Under the pieces are notes generated by a model that did no database searches, was not told the DNA's origin, and saw only the letters and a program-made list of their open reading frames with translations. The translations under genes were made by a program, and so were the position numbers. This document shows, piece after piece, positions 53,594 through 63,228 of a stretch of DNA of 64,000 nt. Source of the stretch: an uncultured delta proteobacterium (GTDB taxonomy: Bacteria > Desulfobacterota > Zymogenia > Zymogenales > Zymogenaceae). Location of the stretch: NCBI GenBank assembly GCA_963735595.1, contig CAVTLK010000003.1, positions 1-64,000 on the forward strand, written 5' to 3'. Position 1 is the first letter of the stretch. Every line of letters starts with the position of its first letter.

Positions 53594-54997
53594 ATGGAGC
53601 ATACGGGATACGCCGAGGTCATGGCGCGTAAACCGGAGATCATGAAACGGTCGGTGGGTATCGACTACGATCGTTTTACGACCGGCGCGCTCTCGTTCGA
53701 TTACGAGGCGATGATGACCGGGACCGGCTATACCATCGACGAGGTCGCCCGGATCCAGGCCGAAACGGCCGTCGGCAATACGCCGATGGTGGAGCTTACC
53801 AATCTCACACGGCTTGTCCGTGAGGTCTCCGGACCGGGGATGGGCGCCCGGATCTTCGTCAAAGACGAGGCCCAGAACCCCTCCGGCTCTTTCAAGGATC
53901 GGCGAGCATCCATCTCCATATTCGAGGCCAAGAAGAAAGGTTACCCCGGGGTATCGGCCGCCACCTCCGGGAACTACGGCGCCGCCGTCGCCTCACAGGC
54001 GGCAAAGCGGGGTCTTGGCTGCATCATCGTCCAGGAGGCCTTCGATTCACGGGGCATCTCCCAGCCCGAGATCGCCGAAAAGACCCGGGCGTGCGAGGCC
54101 TACGGGGCCGAGGTAATCCGGCTCTCGGTCGGGCCGGAGCTCTTCTACGTATTCCTGTTGATCCTTGCCGAGACCGGGTATTTCAACGCCTCCCTTTACA
54201 CCCCCTTTTCGGTCCTCGGTATCGAGACGCTCGGCTTTGAGGTCGCCCGCGAGATCAAGGCGCGCGAAGGGCGGTTCCCCGACGTGGTCATCGCGACTCA
54301 CGCCGGCGGCGGCAACGTCACCGGCACGGGCCGGGGCCTTGCCAAGGCGGGTGCCGGCGATACGATGCTCGTGGCCGCCAGCGTTGACCTCTCGGGCCTG
54401 CACATGGCCTCCGATACCGACTTCAACCGCAAATCTTTCACCACGGGCCATACCGGTTTCGGCATCCCCTTTGCGACGTGGCCGGACCGGGCCGACGTGC
54501 CGAGGAACGCCGCCCGCCCCCTGCGCTATCTGGACCGCTTTGTGACGGTGACCCAGGGGGAGGTCTTCTACATTACCCAATGCCTGGCGGAGCTGGAGGG
54601 GATGGAGCGGGGGCCGGCCGGTAATACCTCGCTGACGGCGGCGTTTGCCGTCGCCCGGACGCTGCCGAAAGACAGGATCATTGTCGTCCAGGAGACCGAA
54701 TATACCGGGGCCGGAAAACACCCCTACGCCCAGCTCAATCTTGCCCGGGCGATGGGGGTCGATGTCCGCCGGGGCGACCCGAAACAGAACGTGCCCGGAA
54801 AGGCCATCGTCATTCCCGAGGAGCCGTCACAGATTGCGGTGGTGGACGTCGATCTCGACCGGCTGCGCCGGTCGTACCTCAAGAACGCGAAAGAGGGCCT
54901 TGGGCCGGGCAAAGAAATCACCGGTACCGACATCGCCTTTTTGGCCGCCGATACGAAAACGACCGAGGCCTACGTACGCGAGGCGATGGGCATCTAA
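53594..54997 (+). CDS. ortB: 2-amino-4-oxopentanoate thiolase beta subunit (PLP)
   Basis: KDEA.NPSGSFKDRRA, ATSGNYGAAVASQAA, KSFTTGHTGFG, QETEYTGAGKH. Confidence 0.93.
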   Translation: MEHTGYAEVMARKPEIMKRSVGIDYDRFTTGALSFDYEAMMTGTGYTIDEVARIQAETAVGNTPMVELTNLTRLVREVSGPGMGARIFVKDEAQNPSGSFKDRRASISIFEAKKKGYPGVSAATSGNYGAAVASQAAKRGLGCIIVQEAFDSRGISQPEIAEKTRACEAYGAEVIRLSVGPELFYVFLLILAETGYFNASLYTPFSVLGIETLGFEVAREIKAREGRFPDVVIATHAGGGNVTGTGRGLAKAGAGDTMLVAASVDLSGLHMASDTDFNRKSFTTGHTGFGIPFATWPDRADVPRNAARPLRYLDRFVTVTQGEVFYITQCLAELEGMERGPAGNTSLTAAFAVARTLPKDRIIVVQETEYTGAGKHPYAQLNLARAMGVDVRRGDPKQNVPGKAIVIPEEPSQIAVVDVDLDRLRRSYLKNAKEGLGPGKEITGTDIAFLAADTKTTEAYVREAMGI

Positions 54998-55020
54998 CTA
55001 TATATCCGTTACCTTGGTGC

Positions 55021-55114
55021 CTTTTTGCCTTTGTGTCTTTGTGGTGATGTCTTCTTCCTGTCGGACAATGGAAAGAACGGGAGAAGCTCACCACAAAGGC
55101 ACAAAGACACGAAG
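55021..55114. repeat. Palindromic MITE/REP-like element, copy 2
   Basis: gcctttgtgtctttgtggtga ... tcaccacaaaggcacaaagacacgaag; shares a caatggaaa core with copy 1. Confidence 0.75.
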
Positions 55115-55215
55115 AGAAAGATTACGGATATTTGATCGAACACGGGAAGTATGGCCCATTAGTTTATGAAACGGCCCATTTTCTATCAATAACTGCGTAA
55201 AGTAGGATATTCGTC

Positions 55216-55557
55216 ATGGAACAGTCGGACACGTATCAAGGGAGGCGGCGGCACCTGGCTAAGCTCTCCGATAACGAGCTGAAAGACTATTTCTGGGAGC
55301 TTATCGGCAAAATCATGGAGCCCATCGTCGAGGAGGCCCGGACCCACACCTCGCCATCCATAGAGCGCTCGGTGCTCTTACGCATGGGCTTTTCGAGCAT
55401 CGAGGCCAAGGCGCTCGTCACCATGATCACCGAGCGGGGGCTCCTGGGTCACGGGGCGGGAAACCTCGTCCTGCGAGTCGCCAGGAAGAACGACCTTGCC
55501 ATCAGGGACGCGGGCTGTGCCCTTATCGACGGTAAAAACTGGGATGACGTGAAATGA
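55216..55557 (+). CDS. oraS: D-ornithine 4,5-aminomutase alpha subunit
   Basis: RR.HL..LSD.EL...FW, HTSPSIERSVLLRMGFSSIEAK, GLLGHGAG. Confidence 0.93.
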   Translation: MEQSDTYQGRRRHLAKLSDNELKDYFWELIGKIMEPIVEEARTHTSPSIERSVLLRMGFSSIEAKALVTMITERGLLGHGAGNLVLRVARKNDLAIRDAGCALIDGKNWDDVK

Positions 55558-57746
55558 AGCCGCTTGACCCTAAAAAGAAAATCGACCTTGCCGAGATCCT
55601 CGCCGACCTCGAGAGCTACCGGCCCCGGCGCACGGGGTGGACGTGGCGGGAGAAGGTCCCCGACCAGGAGATCGGACCCTTCGTCTATAAAAATACCACA
55701 AAAAGCCTCACGAACTCCGTCCCGCTTCCCTCGGCCCACTATTTCGGCGGTATCGATCCCCAGTGTGATTTCGCGGTGACAACCGAGATCGCCTCGGGGC
55801 GGTTCGAGGACGACATCCGCCGGATGCGCATGGCCGCCTGGCACGGGGCCGACCACATCATGGTCATCCGCACGACGGGGCAATCCCATTACGACGGACT
55901 GATCGAGGGGACTCCCGAGGGAGTGGGGGGCGTCCCCATTACCAGGAAACAGGTCAGGGCTACCAGGAAGGCGTTAGACGCCATCGAGGACGAGGTGGGC
56001 CGGCCCATAAACTTCCATTCCTACGTGAGCGGGGTGGCCGGCCCGGAGATCGCCGTCCTCTTCGCCGAGGAAGGGGTCAACGGCGCACATCAGGACCCGC
56101 AGTATAACGTCCTCTACCGCAACATCAACATGCACCGCTCGTTCGTGGACGCGGCATGCGCGAAGAAGATCATGGCCGATGCCCGTATCCTGCAGATAGA
56201 CGGGGCGCACAACGCCAACGCCACCGCACGTGAGGCATGGAAGGTCACGCCGGAGCTCCTCGTGCAGCACGGTATTAACTCGGCCTTTTCGCTGGCCGTG
56301 GGAATGGAAAAAGAACTGGTCGCGCTTTCCACCGTCCCCCCCACCGCGCCCCCGGCCCCGAAGCTGGCCCTCGATCTCCCGTACGCCATGGCGCTCCGCG
56401 ACTTTTTCTCGGGGTTCAGGATGCGCGCCCAGCAGAACACCCGCTACATGGAGGCCGATACCGCAGAGGCCACGATCACCCACGTGCTGGATACCCTCAT
56501 CTCCCGGCTGACCTCTGCGGACATACAGAGCACCATCACCCCCGACGAGGGGAGGAACGTCCCCTGGCACTATAACAACATCCTCGGCGTCAATACGGCG
56601 CGCCAGACCCTCATGGGAATCGACGGGCTGGCCGACCTGGTCGAGATGAAGAAGGAAGGGACGCTGCCCGCGCGGGTGAGAGAGATTAAGGAGCGGGCGG
56701 TGCTGTTTCTCGAAGAGATCGTCCGCATGGGCGGTTACTTCGCCGCCGTTGAAAAGGGGTCCTTCGTTGACTCCGGGTATTTTCCCGAGCGCCATTGCGA
56801 CGGTATCGCCCGGGACCCGGCGGGCGGGGTGGCCGCGGGAACCATCGTCAGGCGGGAAGCCGACTACCTGGCGCCGGTCTGCAGCCACTTTGGCTACAAT
56901 AGCGTGCCGTCGGGTGTAGGCAAGGCGTGCGAAACGATCTCGGGCTGCACGCTCTGCAAGCCGGAGAAGATCGTATACGTCGACGAGCTGGACGAAAAGG
57001 ACAACGTAGAGAACCGCCGCCGCGCCGCGCGCCCGGCTGCCGGGGACGATCTCATCCGTCCCGAGGTGGAGTGGGCGGGAGACGGCATCGTGGTCGTGAC
57101 GATCTTCGTGCCGGAGCCCCCCGACGTGGCCGAGGCCGCGGCCCTGGTCATGGCCGGGAAGATGGGCCTTTCGGTCCCCGAGGTAATCTCGCGGAGGCTC
57201 ATCCATCCCGCCGAAGGGAGCCTCTTCGAGATAAAGGGGAGACTCGATATTGCCGTGAAGCGGGATGACCTGGTCATCCCGGTTAAGGAGGTCCTCATCC
57301 CTGAGGATGAAATCGCCGCGTTCGTTCGGGAGAAAAAGCTCTCGCTGGTGGCGGCTACCGTCGGAGAGGATGAACACTCTGTGGGGATGCGCGAGATCAT
57401 CGACATCAAACACGGCGGGGTTGAAAAATACGGCTTTGTCTGTCACTATCTGGGCACGTCGGTTCCGATCAACAAGGTGCTGGACGCCGCGCAGGAGACC
57501 GGCTCCTCGGTTGTGCTCATCTCCACGATTATCACCCATAACGACATACACCGCGTCAACATGAAGCGACTTTCCGATCTCGCGATTGAGCGGGGTATCA
57601 GGGACCGGCTGATCCTGATCGCCGGGGGGACACAGGTCACCGACGAGGCGGCCACGGCCTCGGGCCTGGACGCGGGTTTCGGCAGGGGAACGAAAGGGCA
57701 CCACGTGGCGAGCTTCGTCGTGAAGCGGATGAGAAAAGAAAAATAG
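55554..57746 (+). CDS. oraE: D-ornithine 4,5-aminomutase beta subunit (AdoCbl + PLP)
   Basis: EIASGRFEDDIRRMRMAAWHGADHIMVIRT; EDEHSVG.REIIDIKHGG. Confidence 0.95.
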   Translation: MKPLDPKKKIDLAEILADLESYRPRRTGWTWREKVPDQEIGPFVYKNTTKSLTNSVPLPSAHYFGGIDPQCDFAVTTEIASGRFEDDIRRMRMAAWHGADHIMVIRTTGQSHYDGLIEGTPEGVGGVPITRKQVRATRKALDAIEDEVGRPINFHSYVSGVAGPEIAVLFAEEGVNGAHQDPQYNVLYRNINMHRSFVDAACAKKIMADARILQIDGAHNANATAREAWKVTPELLVQHGINSAFSLAVGMEKELVALSTVPPTAPPAPKLALDLPYAMALRDFFSGFRMRAQQNTRYMEADTAEATITHVLDTLISRLTSADIQSTITPDEGRNVPWHYNNILGVNTARQTLMGIDGLADLVEMKKEGTLPARVREIKERAVLFLEEIVRMGGYFAAVEKGSFVDSGYFPERHCDGIARDPAGGVAAGTIVRREADYLAPVCSHFGYNSVPSGVGKACETISGCTLCKPEKIVYVDELDEKDNVENRRRAARPAAGDDLIRPEVEWAGDGIVVVTIFVPEPPDVAEAAALVMAGKMGLSVPEVISRRLIHPAEGSLFEIKGRLDIAVKRDDLVIPVKEVLIPEDEIAAFVREKKLSLVAATVGEDEHSVGMREIIDIKHGGVEKYGFVCHYLGTSVPINKVLDAAQETGSSVVLISTIITHNDIHRVNMKRLSDLAIERGIRDRLILIAGGTQVTDEAATASGLDAGFGRGTKGHHVASFVVKRMRKEK

Positions 57747-57824
57747 GCGTGCGCGGCGAACTCAACGCGCGGGCGCCGCGTGGTCGCCGTGCGGACGACC
57801 GAGAGTCAGGTGACGGACGTCGCT

Positions 57825-59168
57825 ATGAAATCCCCCGACATCCTCGTGGCAGAGATTGGCAGCACCATCACCAAGCTCTCGGCGTTTGCCGATATCAATA
57901 CGGACCGCCCCGCCTTCCTCGGCCAGGGGATCGCGCTCACGAGCGTTTCCGAGGGGGACGTGACGATCGGGCTCGGGCGTGCCGCCGGGGACCTGCAGGC
58001 GCGCTTCGCCGTAAAGACGGGCGAGCTTGGGAAGGACGTCGAGTTTCTCGCGGTCTCTTCGGCGGCCGGCGGGCTCAGGATGACCGTCCACGGGCTGACG
58101 CGCGATATGACGCTCAAGGCCGCGCGGGAGGCGTCCCTCGGGGCGGGGGCGGTGGTCGTCTTCACGACGGCCGGCGCCATTACCGAAAATGACCTCTCCC
58201 AGATTGAGGCCCACGCCCCCCGCCTCATACTGCTGTCCGGCGGGGTGGACTACGGTGAGCGGGATATCATCGTCAACAACGCCCGTATGCTGGCCTCGAT
58301 AGGTGACCTTAAAGTACCGGTCATCTACGCGGGCAACGTGGCGACAAAGGACGAAGTCGCCGCGATATTCAGAGAAGCGGGGGTTGATCTTTTCGTGACC
58401 GAAAACGTCTACCCCGGCATCGACGAGCTCAACGTGGGGCCGACCCGTTCAATCATCCAGGAGGTATTTGCCCGGCATATCGTCACGGCGCCGGGCATGG
58501 AGCGGATAAAGGAGATGGCGGGGGGGCCGGTGATCCCCACGCCGGGAGCGGTGCTTTCGGCGGCCGAACTCCTCTACGGCAGGATCGGCGATCTCATGGT
58601 GGTCGATGTCGGCGGGGCGACAACCGACGTTCATTCGGTTACGGAGGGGTCCGAGAAATTCGCCGCCATGAGCGTATCGCCGGAGCCGCTGGCCAAGCGT
58701 ACCGTGGAGGGTGATCTGGGCGTCTATATCAACGCGCGGCATGTCATCGAACAATCGCGCGGGGTCATAGGCGATGCCGCAGATGTCGCGCCGCTGCCCG
58801 AAACCGATCCCGAGAGGGAGCGCGTCCGCACGCTAACGCGGTGGGCGGTTGATCTTTCTGTCTGGCGTCACGCGGGGGGAGTGAAGGTGACCTACGGTGC
58901 CTACGGTAAGAGCGAGATCGTTGAGGGGAGGGACCTCACGCGGGTGGGCCGGCTCATCGGGACCGGCGGCGCACTGACGAGGCTGCCGGGCGGGGCCGAG
59001 ATCCTCAAAACAATCCGGCGCGACCCGCACAAACGAAAGCTCCTGCCGCCGGCCGAGGCCCGTGTCTGCATCGACGCGGACTACATTATGGCCTCGGCGG
59101 GGGTAATGGGCGAGCGATACCCGGACGCTGCGGTGTCTCTGCTGATGGCAAGCGCGGGGCTGAGCTGA
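57825..59168 (+). CDS. GlmL/MutL-like aminomutase reactivase
   Basis: LVAEIGST.T, SSAAGGLRM.V.GL, DVGGATTDVHSV, KRTVEGDLG. Confidence 0.88.
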   Translation: MKSPDILVAEIGSTITKLSAFADINTDRPAFLGQGIALTSVSEGDVTIGLGRAAGDLQARFAVKTGELGKDVEFLAVSSAAGGLRMTVHGLTRDMTLKAAREASLGAGAVVVFTTAGAITENDLSQIEAHAPRLILLSGGVDYGERDIIVNNARMLASIGDLKVPVIYAGNVATKDEVAAIFREAGVDLFVTENVYPGIDELNVGPTRSIIQEVFARHIVTAPGMERIKEMAGGPVIPTPGAVLSAAELLYGRIGDLMVVDVGGATTDVHSVTEGSEKFAAMSVSPEPLAKRTVEGDLGVYINARHVIEQSRGVIGDAADVAPLPETDPERERVRTLTRWAVDLSVWRHAGGVKVTYGAYGKSEIVEGRDLTRVGRLIGTGGALTRLPGGAEILKTIRRDPHKRKLLPPAEARVCIDADYIMASAGVMGERYPDAAVSLLMASAGLS

Positions 59169-59170
59169 CC

Positions 59171-61183
59171 ATGTCCGGACCATACGTCACCATAGATCTC
59201 GAGAAGATCCAGGATAACGCCCGGGTCGTCACGGATCTCTGCCGGAACAGCGGCATCGAGGTCACCGGCGTCACCAAGGTAACCTGCGGGATGCCGACGG
59301 TGGCGCGCGCCATGCTTGCCGGCGGGGTGACGAGCATCGGGGAATCGCGGATGGAAAACATCCGCCGACTCAAGGTCAGCGGAGTAAACGCCCCGGTCAT
59401 GCTCCTTCGGATTCCCCCATTGTCGGCCGTGGACGAGATTGTAACCTCGGTAGATATCAGCCTCAACTCCGAGCTTTCGATCATCACGGCCCTCTCGGAG
59501 GCGGCCGCGCGCAGGGGGATCGTCCACGATATCATCCTGATGGTCGATCTGGGTGACCTGAGGGAGGGGATCTGGCCCGACGACCTGATCCCGATCGTAT
59601 CGGAGGCAGTGAAGCTTTCCGGCGTTCGCATCGTCGGCCTGGGGACAAACCTTTCGTGCTACGGCGGGATCATCCCCACGTGCACGAACATGGAGATGCT
59701 GGTCTATTATGCCGACGAGATCGAGAAAAGGTTCGGGATTACGCTGCGCTACCTCTCGGGCGGAAACTCCAGCTCGCTGTCGCTGATTGCCGGGGGGGCA
59801 ATGCCCGCCCGGATCAACCACGTTCGCATCGGTGAGGGGATTCTCCTGGGCAGGGAGACGGTCGAGCGGCAGCCGTGGCCGGGGACGTCCCAGGATGCCT
59901 TCGTGCTCAAGGCGGAGGTCATCGAGCTCAAGGAAAAGCCGTCGATCCCCATCGGCGAGCGGGGCCAGGATGCCTTCGGCGGTAAACCGGCATTCGGTAA
60001 CGGGGCATCCGGGCACCTGGAGGGCGCCCGGAGAGAAATGGTGCGGGCCATCCTCAACGTCGGCCGGGAGGACATCGTGCTGGAGGGGATTGAGCCGATC
60101 GACGGGCGGCTATCCATCCTGGGGGCTTCAAGCGACCATTTGATCCTCGACGTGACAAAGGCGGCAGGCGCCGTCGCATTGGGTGGGGAGCTCGAATTTC
60201 TCATGAACTACGGGGCGCTTCTTGCCGCCATGACCTCGTCCTACGTGGAAAAGAGGCCGATTATGAGAGCCGAGGATACGAAGAGTATGAGGGGGGTGGC
60301 GCTCATCGGAGTGCCGAGTTGGGTGGGGGCGCTGGAGCCGGGCACGGACGCCGCCCCGCGGGCGATGAGGGAGACGGACCTGGCCGGGAAGCTCATGTCC
60401 CTCGGGCTTGGCGTCGAAGACCGGGGCGACGTTCCGGTCAGCGGGTCGATACGGGGGGACGACTACGATCAAAATACCCGGGAAGTGGCCGACGTCGCGG
60501 CGGCAACCGCCGATCTCGTCGTGCGTGCACTCGCGGACGACCTGGTGCCCCTCGTCCTCGGTGGCGACCACAGCGCGGCGCTGGGGGTCCTGGCGGGGCT
60601 CTCGCGGGCGCTGTCTCCCTTCGGCCTGATCTGGTTTGACGCGCACGGCGATTCTATCGTCCCCGACCGGACGGGTGACATACGGATCAGCCGGATGATA
60701 CTGGGAGTCGCGCTGGGGTACGGCGATGAGCACCTTCGAATGCCGGGAAGCCCGACGCCCCTGCTTTCACCCGAGAATATCGCGATCGTGGGTCTACGGG
60801 ACGTGACCCAGGACGAATCGAGGCTCCTGACGGAATCGGGGGTTACGATCTTCACCATGGAGGATATCGACGCCCTCGGGATCAAAGAGGTCGTCTACCG
60901 ATCGCTGAGGGTCGCGGGAACCGCAACGCGCGGGATTCACGTCAGCTTCGATGTCGATGTAGTTGACGTCCAGACAGCGCCGGGTGTAAACCAGCCGGTC
61001 ATGGGTGGCATCACCTACCGGGAAACCCACCTGGCCATGGAACTCCTGGCACAGTCCGGGCTGATGCGCTCCATGGACGTGACGGGGATAAATATGGAAG
61101 CCGACCCCGAGGGCAAGACGGCGCACGTGGCAGCGGAGTTCATCCTCTCGGCCTTCGGGAAAAAGATATTGGGGAGATCATGA
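59171..61183 (+). CDS. Ornithine racemase (Orr-like) fused to an arginase-family domain
   Basis: N-terminal GVTK, MVDLGDLREG, GTNLSCYGG, SGGNSS, GASSDHL, YG.LL..MTS.YV; C-terminal GGDHS, DAHGD, GLRD, SFDVD, GGITYRE. Confidence 0.88.
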   Translation: MSGPYVTIDLEKIQDNARVVTDLCRNSGIEVTGVTKVTCGMPTVARAMLAGGVTSIGESRMENIRRLKVSGVNAPVMLLRIPPLSAVDEIVTSVDISLNSELSIITALSEAAARRGIVHDIILMVDLGDLREGIWPDDLIPIVSEAVKLSGVRIVGLGTNLSCYGGIIPTCTNMEMLVYYADEIEKRFGITLRYLSGGNSSSLSLIAGGAMPARINHVRIGEGILLGRETVERQPWPGTSQDAFVLKAEVIELKEKPSIPIGERGQDAFGGKPAFGNGASGHLEGARREMVRAILNVGREDIVLEGIEPIDGRLSILGASSDHLILDVTKAAGAVALGGELEFLMNYGALLAAMTSSYVEKRPIMRAEDTKSMRGVALIGVPSWVGALEPGTDAAPRAMRETDLAGKLMSLGLGVEDRGDVPVSGSIRGDDYDQNTREVADVAAATADLVVRALADDLVPLVLGGDHSAALGVLAGLSRALSPFGLIWFDAHGDSIVPDRTGDIRISRMILGVALGYGDEHLRMPGSPTPLLSPENIAIVGLRDVTQDESRLLTESGVTIFTMEDIDALGIKEVVYRSLRVAGTATRGIHVSFDVDVVDVQTAPGVNQPVMGGITYRETHLAMELLAQSGLMRSMDVTGINMEADPEGKTAHVAAEFILSAFGKKILGRS

Positions 61184-62026
61184 TAAAGCCCGTCGATGAT
61201 ACGATTGTCTATCTTGAACAGCTCGGGCTGACGCAGTACGAGGCAAAGGTCTACCTCGCGCTGCTTTCAGAACATCCCGCGACCGCCTATACCATATCCC
61301 GGCGGTCGGGAGTCCCCCACTCCCCGGGTATACGAGGTGGCACGCCGCCTGATGGCCAAGGGGTACGTCGTATGTCAGAATACGAATCCTGACCGCTTCT
61401 CTCCGCTGTCTCCGCGGGAGCTGGTCGATCGGCTGGCCGGCGAGCACGAGCGAATGGTTGAGGGGCTCAAACAGCGGCTGGCCACGATCCCCTTCCAGTC
61501 CGACTTTGACCCGGTCTGGAACATCGGCGACCGGGCCGGGGCGCTGGAAAAGGCGCGGGAGATCATCGGCGAGGCACAGCGTAAGATCTATATCGGCGTC
61601 TGGGACGAGGAACTGGAGGAACTGGTCGACGATCTGAGGCGGGCGCACGCGCGGGGGGTGGAGATCGTCTTTCTTATCTATGGGAAATCGGCGGTGGATT
61701 TCGGGCACGCCTTTTACCACGATACGCGCGCGATCAAGGAAACCACACACCTGGGCAGAAACGTCGATATCGTCGCCGATTCGGCGGCGGCCGTCAGCGG
61801 GTGGCTCGGGTCCGGGGCGGACAACGGCGGGGTCAGGGAGGCCGGCGATACGAGATATTTCTCCTGCCAGGTATTCTGGACAAAGAACCGGGGGCTTATC
61901 AACGTCATCGAAGGGTATATCATACACGACTTTTATCTCGCCGAGATATTCGGCGCATTCAGAAAGGAAATAGAGGGGGTGTTCGGCGCCAATATGAAGG
62001 CGCTGCGGGATAAGTACCACGGCTAA
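61180..62026 (+). CDS. TrmB-family transcriptional regulator (+1 indel in C-run near 61323)
   Basis: LEQLGLTQYEAKVYLALL...TAY.IS..SGVP; continues in ORF 61337. Confidence 0.85.
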
Positions 62027-62044
62027 CCACGAGAGGAGTCGATC

Positions 62045-63208
62045 ATGGCACAACAAAAAGAACAGTTAACCTTCTTAGAGGCGGCCTCCACCGTCGCCGG
62101 ATACGGGATCGGCGCGGGGATTATGGCCGTTCCGTATCTTGCCGTCCGCAGCGGCGTTGGGCCGCTAATCGGCATCATGGTGGTGGCCTATTGTATCAGT
62201 ATCCTTTTTCACCTGATGCTGGTGGACATGACACTCCGGGACGGCGGCAAGACCCAGCTCATGGAGATACTGGCCAAGTACCTGTTTGCCGGCAAGGCCG
62301 GCGCGGTCTTTACCTGGGTATTCTTCGTCCTGATCGTCTTCGCCTTCTTCGGGACCCTGATCACCTACCTCGTGGGCGGGGGGGAGGTCCTCAACAGCAC
62401 GTTCGGCCTCCCGCTTGTACCGGGCTTTATTATCACCTACCTGCTGGCGGCGGTGGTCGTCTTCTTCGGGCTGAAGGCGGTGGGAGTCGTAGAGAAGTTT
62501 TCGATCATCGGGATTGCGATCGTGGTGATTACGCTCCTGGTCCTCTCGCTGTTTCGGCCGTTCCACCTGGATCTCTTTACCGCCGGGGCGGGAGTCAAAG
62601 AGGCGCTGGCGCTTTACGGCATGGTGATGTTCTCGTTCTACTCGATGTTCTCGGTCCCCCAGGCGGTCAAGGGGCTCTCGGACCGGCCGAGGCTTGCGCC
62701 CTGGGCCGTGGTGACCGGAATCGGGATCACCTTTGTAACAGTCCTGCTTATCTCTCTGGCGGCGATGGGGGTTTCGGAATCTGTTACGTCCAACGCCATC
62801 GTCGGCTGGGCGGACGCCATCGGGCCGTGGGCGAAATACCTCGGGAGCATATTCATCGTCCTGGCCTTTCTCACGAGCTTCTGGTCCATCTCGTTAGCTT
62901 TGGCGGACGTGCTCAGGGAGCGGCTGGGATGGAATGACAAACTCTGCTGGCTCCTGGCTACGCTCCCCTGCCTGTTGATATCGTTTTTCAAACTGCAGAA
63001 CTTCCTCGAATATTTGAGGCTGACAGGCGGGGTGATCGGGATATTGCTGGTGGTCATCATGATCCCCGCGTATCTTTCAGTCAAAAAGAAGGGGGCGGTC
63101 AAGAAGCCGGCCTGGAGCCTCGGCTTCTTCGGGAAAAGCGCTTTTTTGTGGATCGTGCTGATCGGTTTTCTGCTGATGGCGGTCGGCTCGGCGGTTCCCA
63201 TTAAGTAA
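62045..63208 (+). CDS. Amino acid permease (aromatic amino acid transporter/APC-like)
   Basis: About 11 TM; G..IGAGI.A.PY; basic amino acid substrate inferred from context. Confidence 0.8.
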   Translation: MAQQKEQLTFLEAASTVAGYGIGAGIMAVPYLAVRSGVGPLIGIMVVAYCISILFHLMLVDMTLRDGGKTQLMEILAKYLFAGKAGAVFTWVFFVLIVFAFFGTLITYLVGGGEVLNSTFGLPLVPGFIITYLLAAVVVFFGLKAVGVVEKFSIIGIAIVVITLLVLSLFRPFHLDLFTAGAGVKEALALYGMVMFSFYSMFSVPQAVKGLSDRPRLAPWAVVTGIGITFVTVLLISLAAMGVSESVTSNAIVGWADAIGPWAKYLGSIFIVLAFLTSFWSISLALADVLRERLGWNDKLCWLLATLPCLLISFFKLQNFLEYLRLTGGVIGILLVVIMIPAYLSVKKKGAVKKPAWSLGFFGKSAFLWIVLIGFLLMAVGSAVPIK

Positions 63209-63228
63209 CTATCACGAAAGGAACGATA

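Noticed and set aside
52290..61330. Programmed frameshifting or pseudogenisation of ord and trmB
   Set aside because: Each is a single extra base in a G or C homopolymer, matching the indel pattern across the contig.
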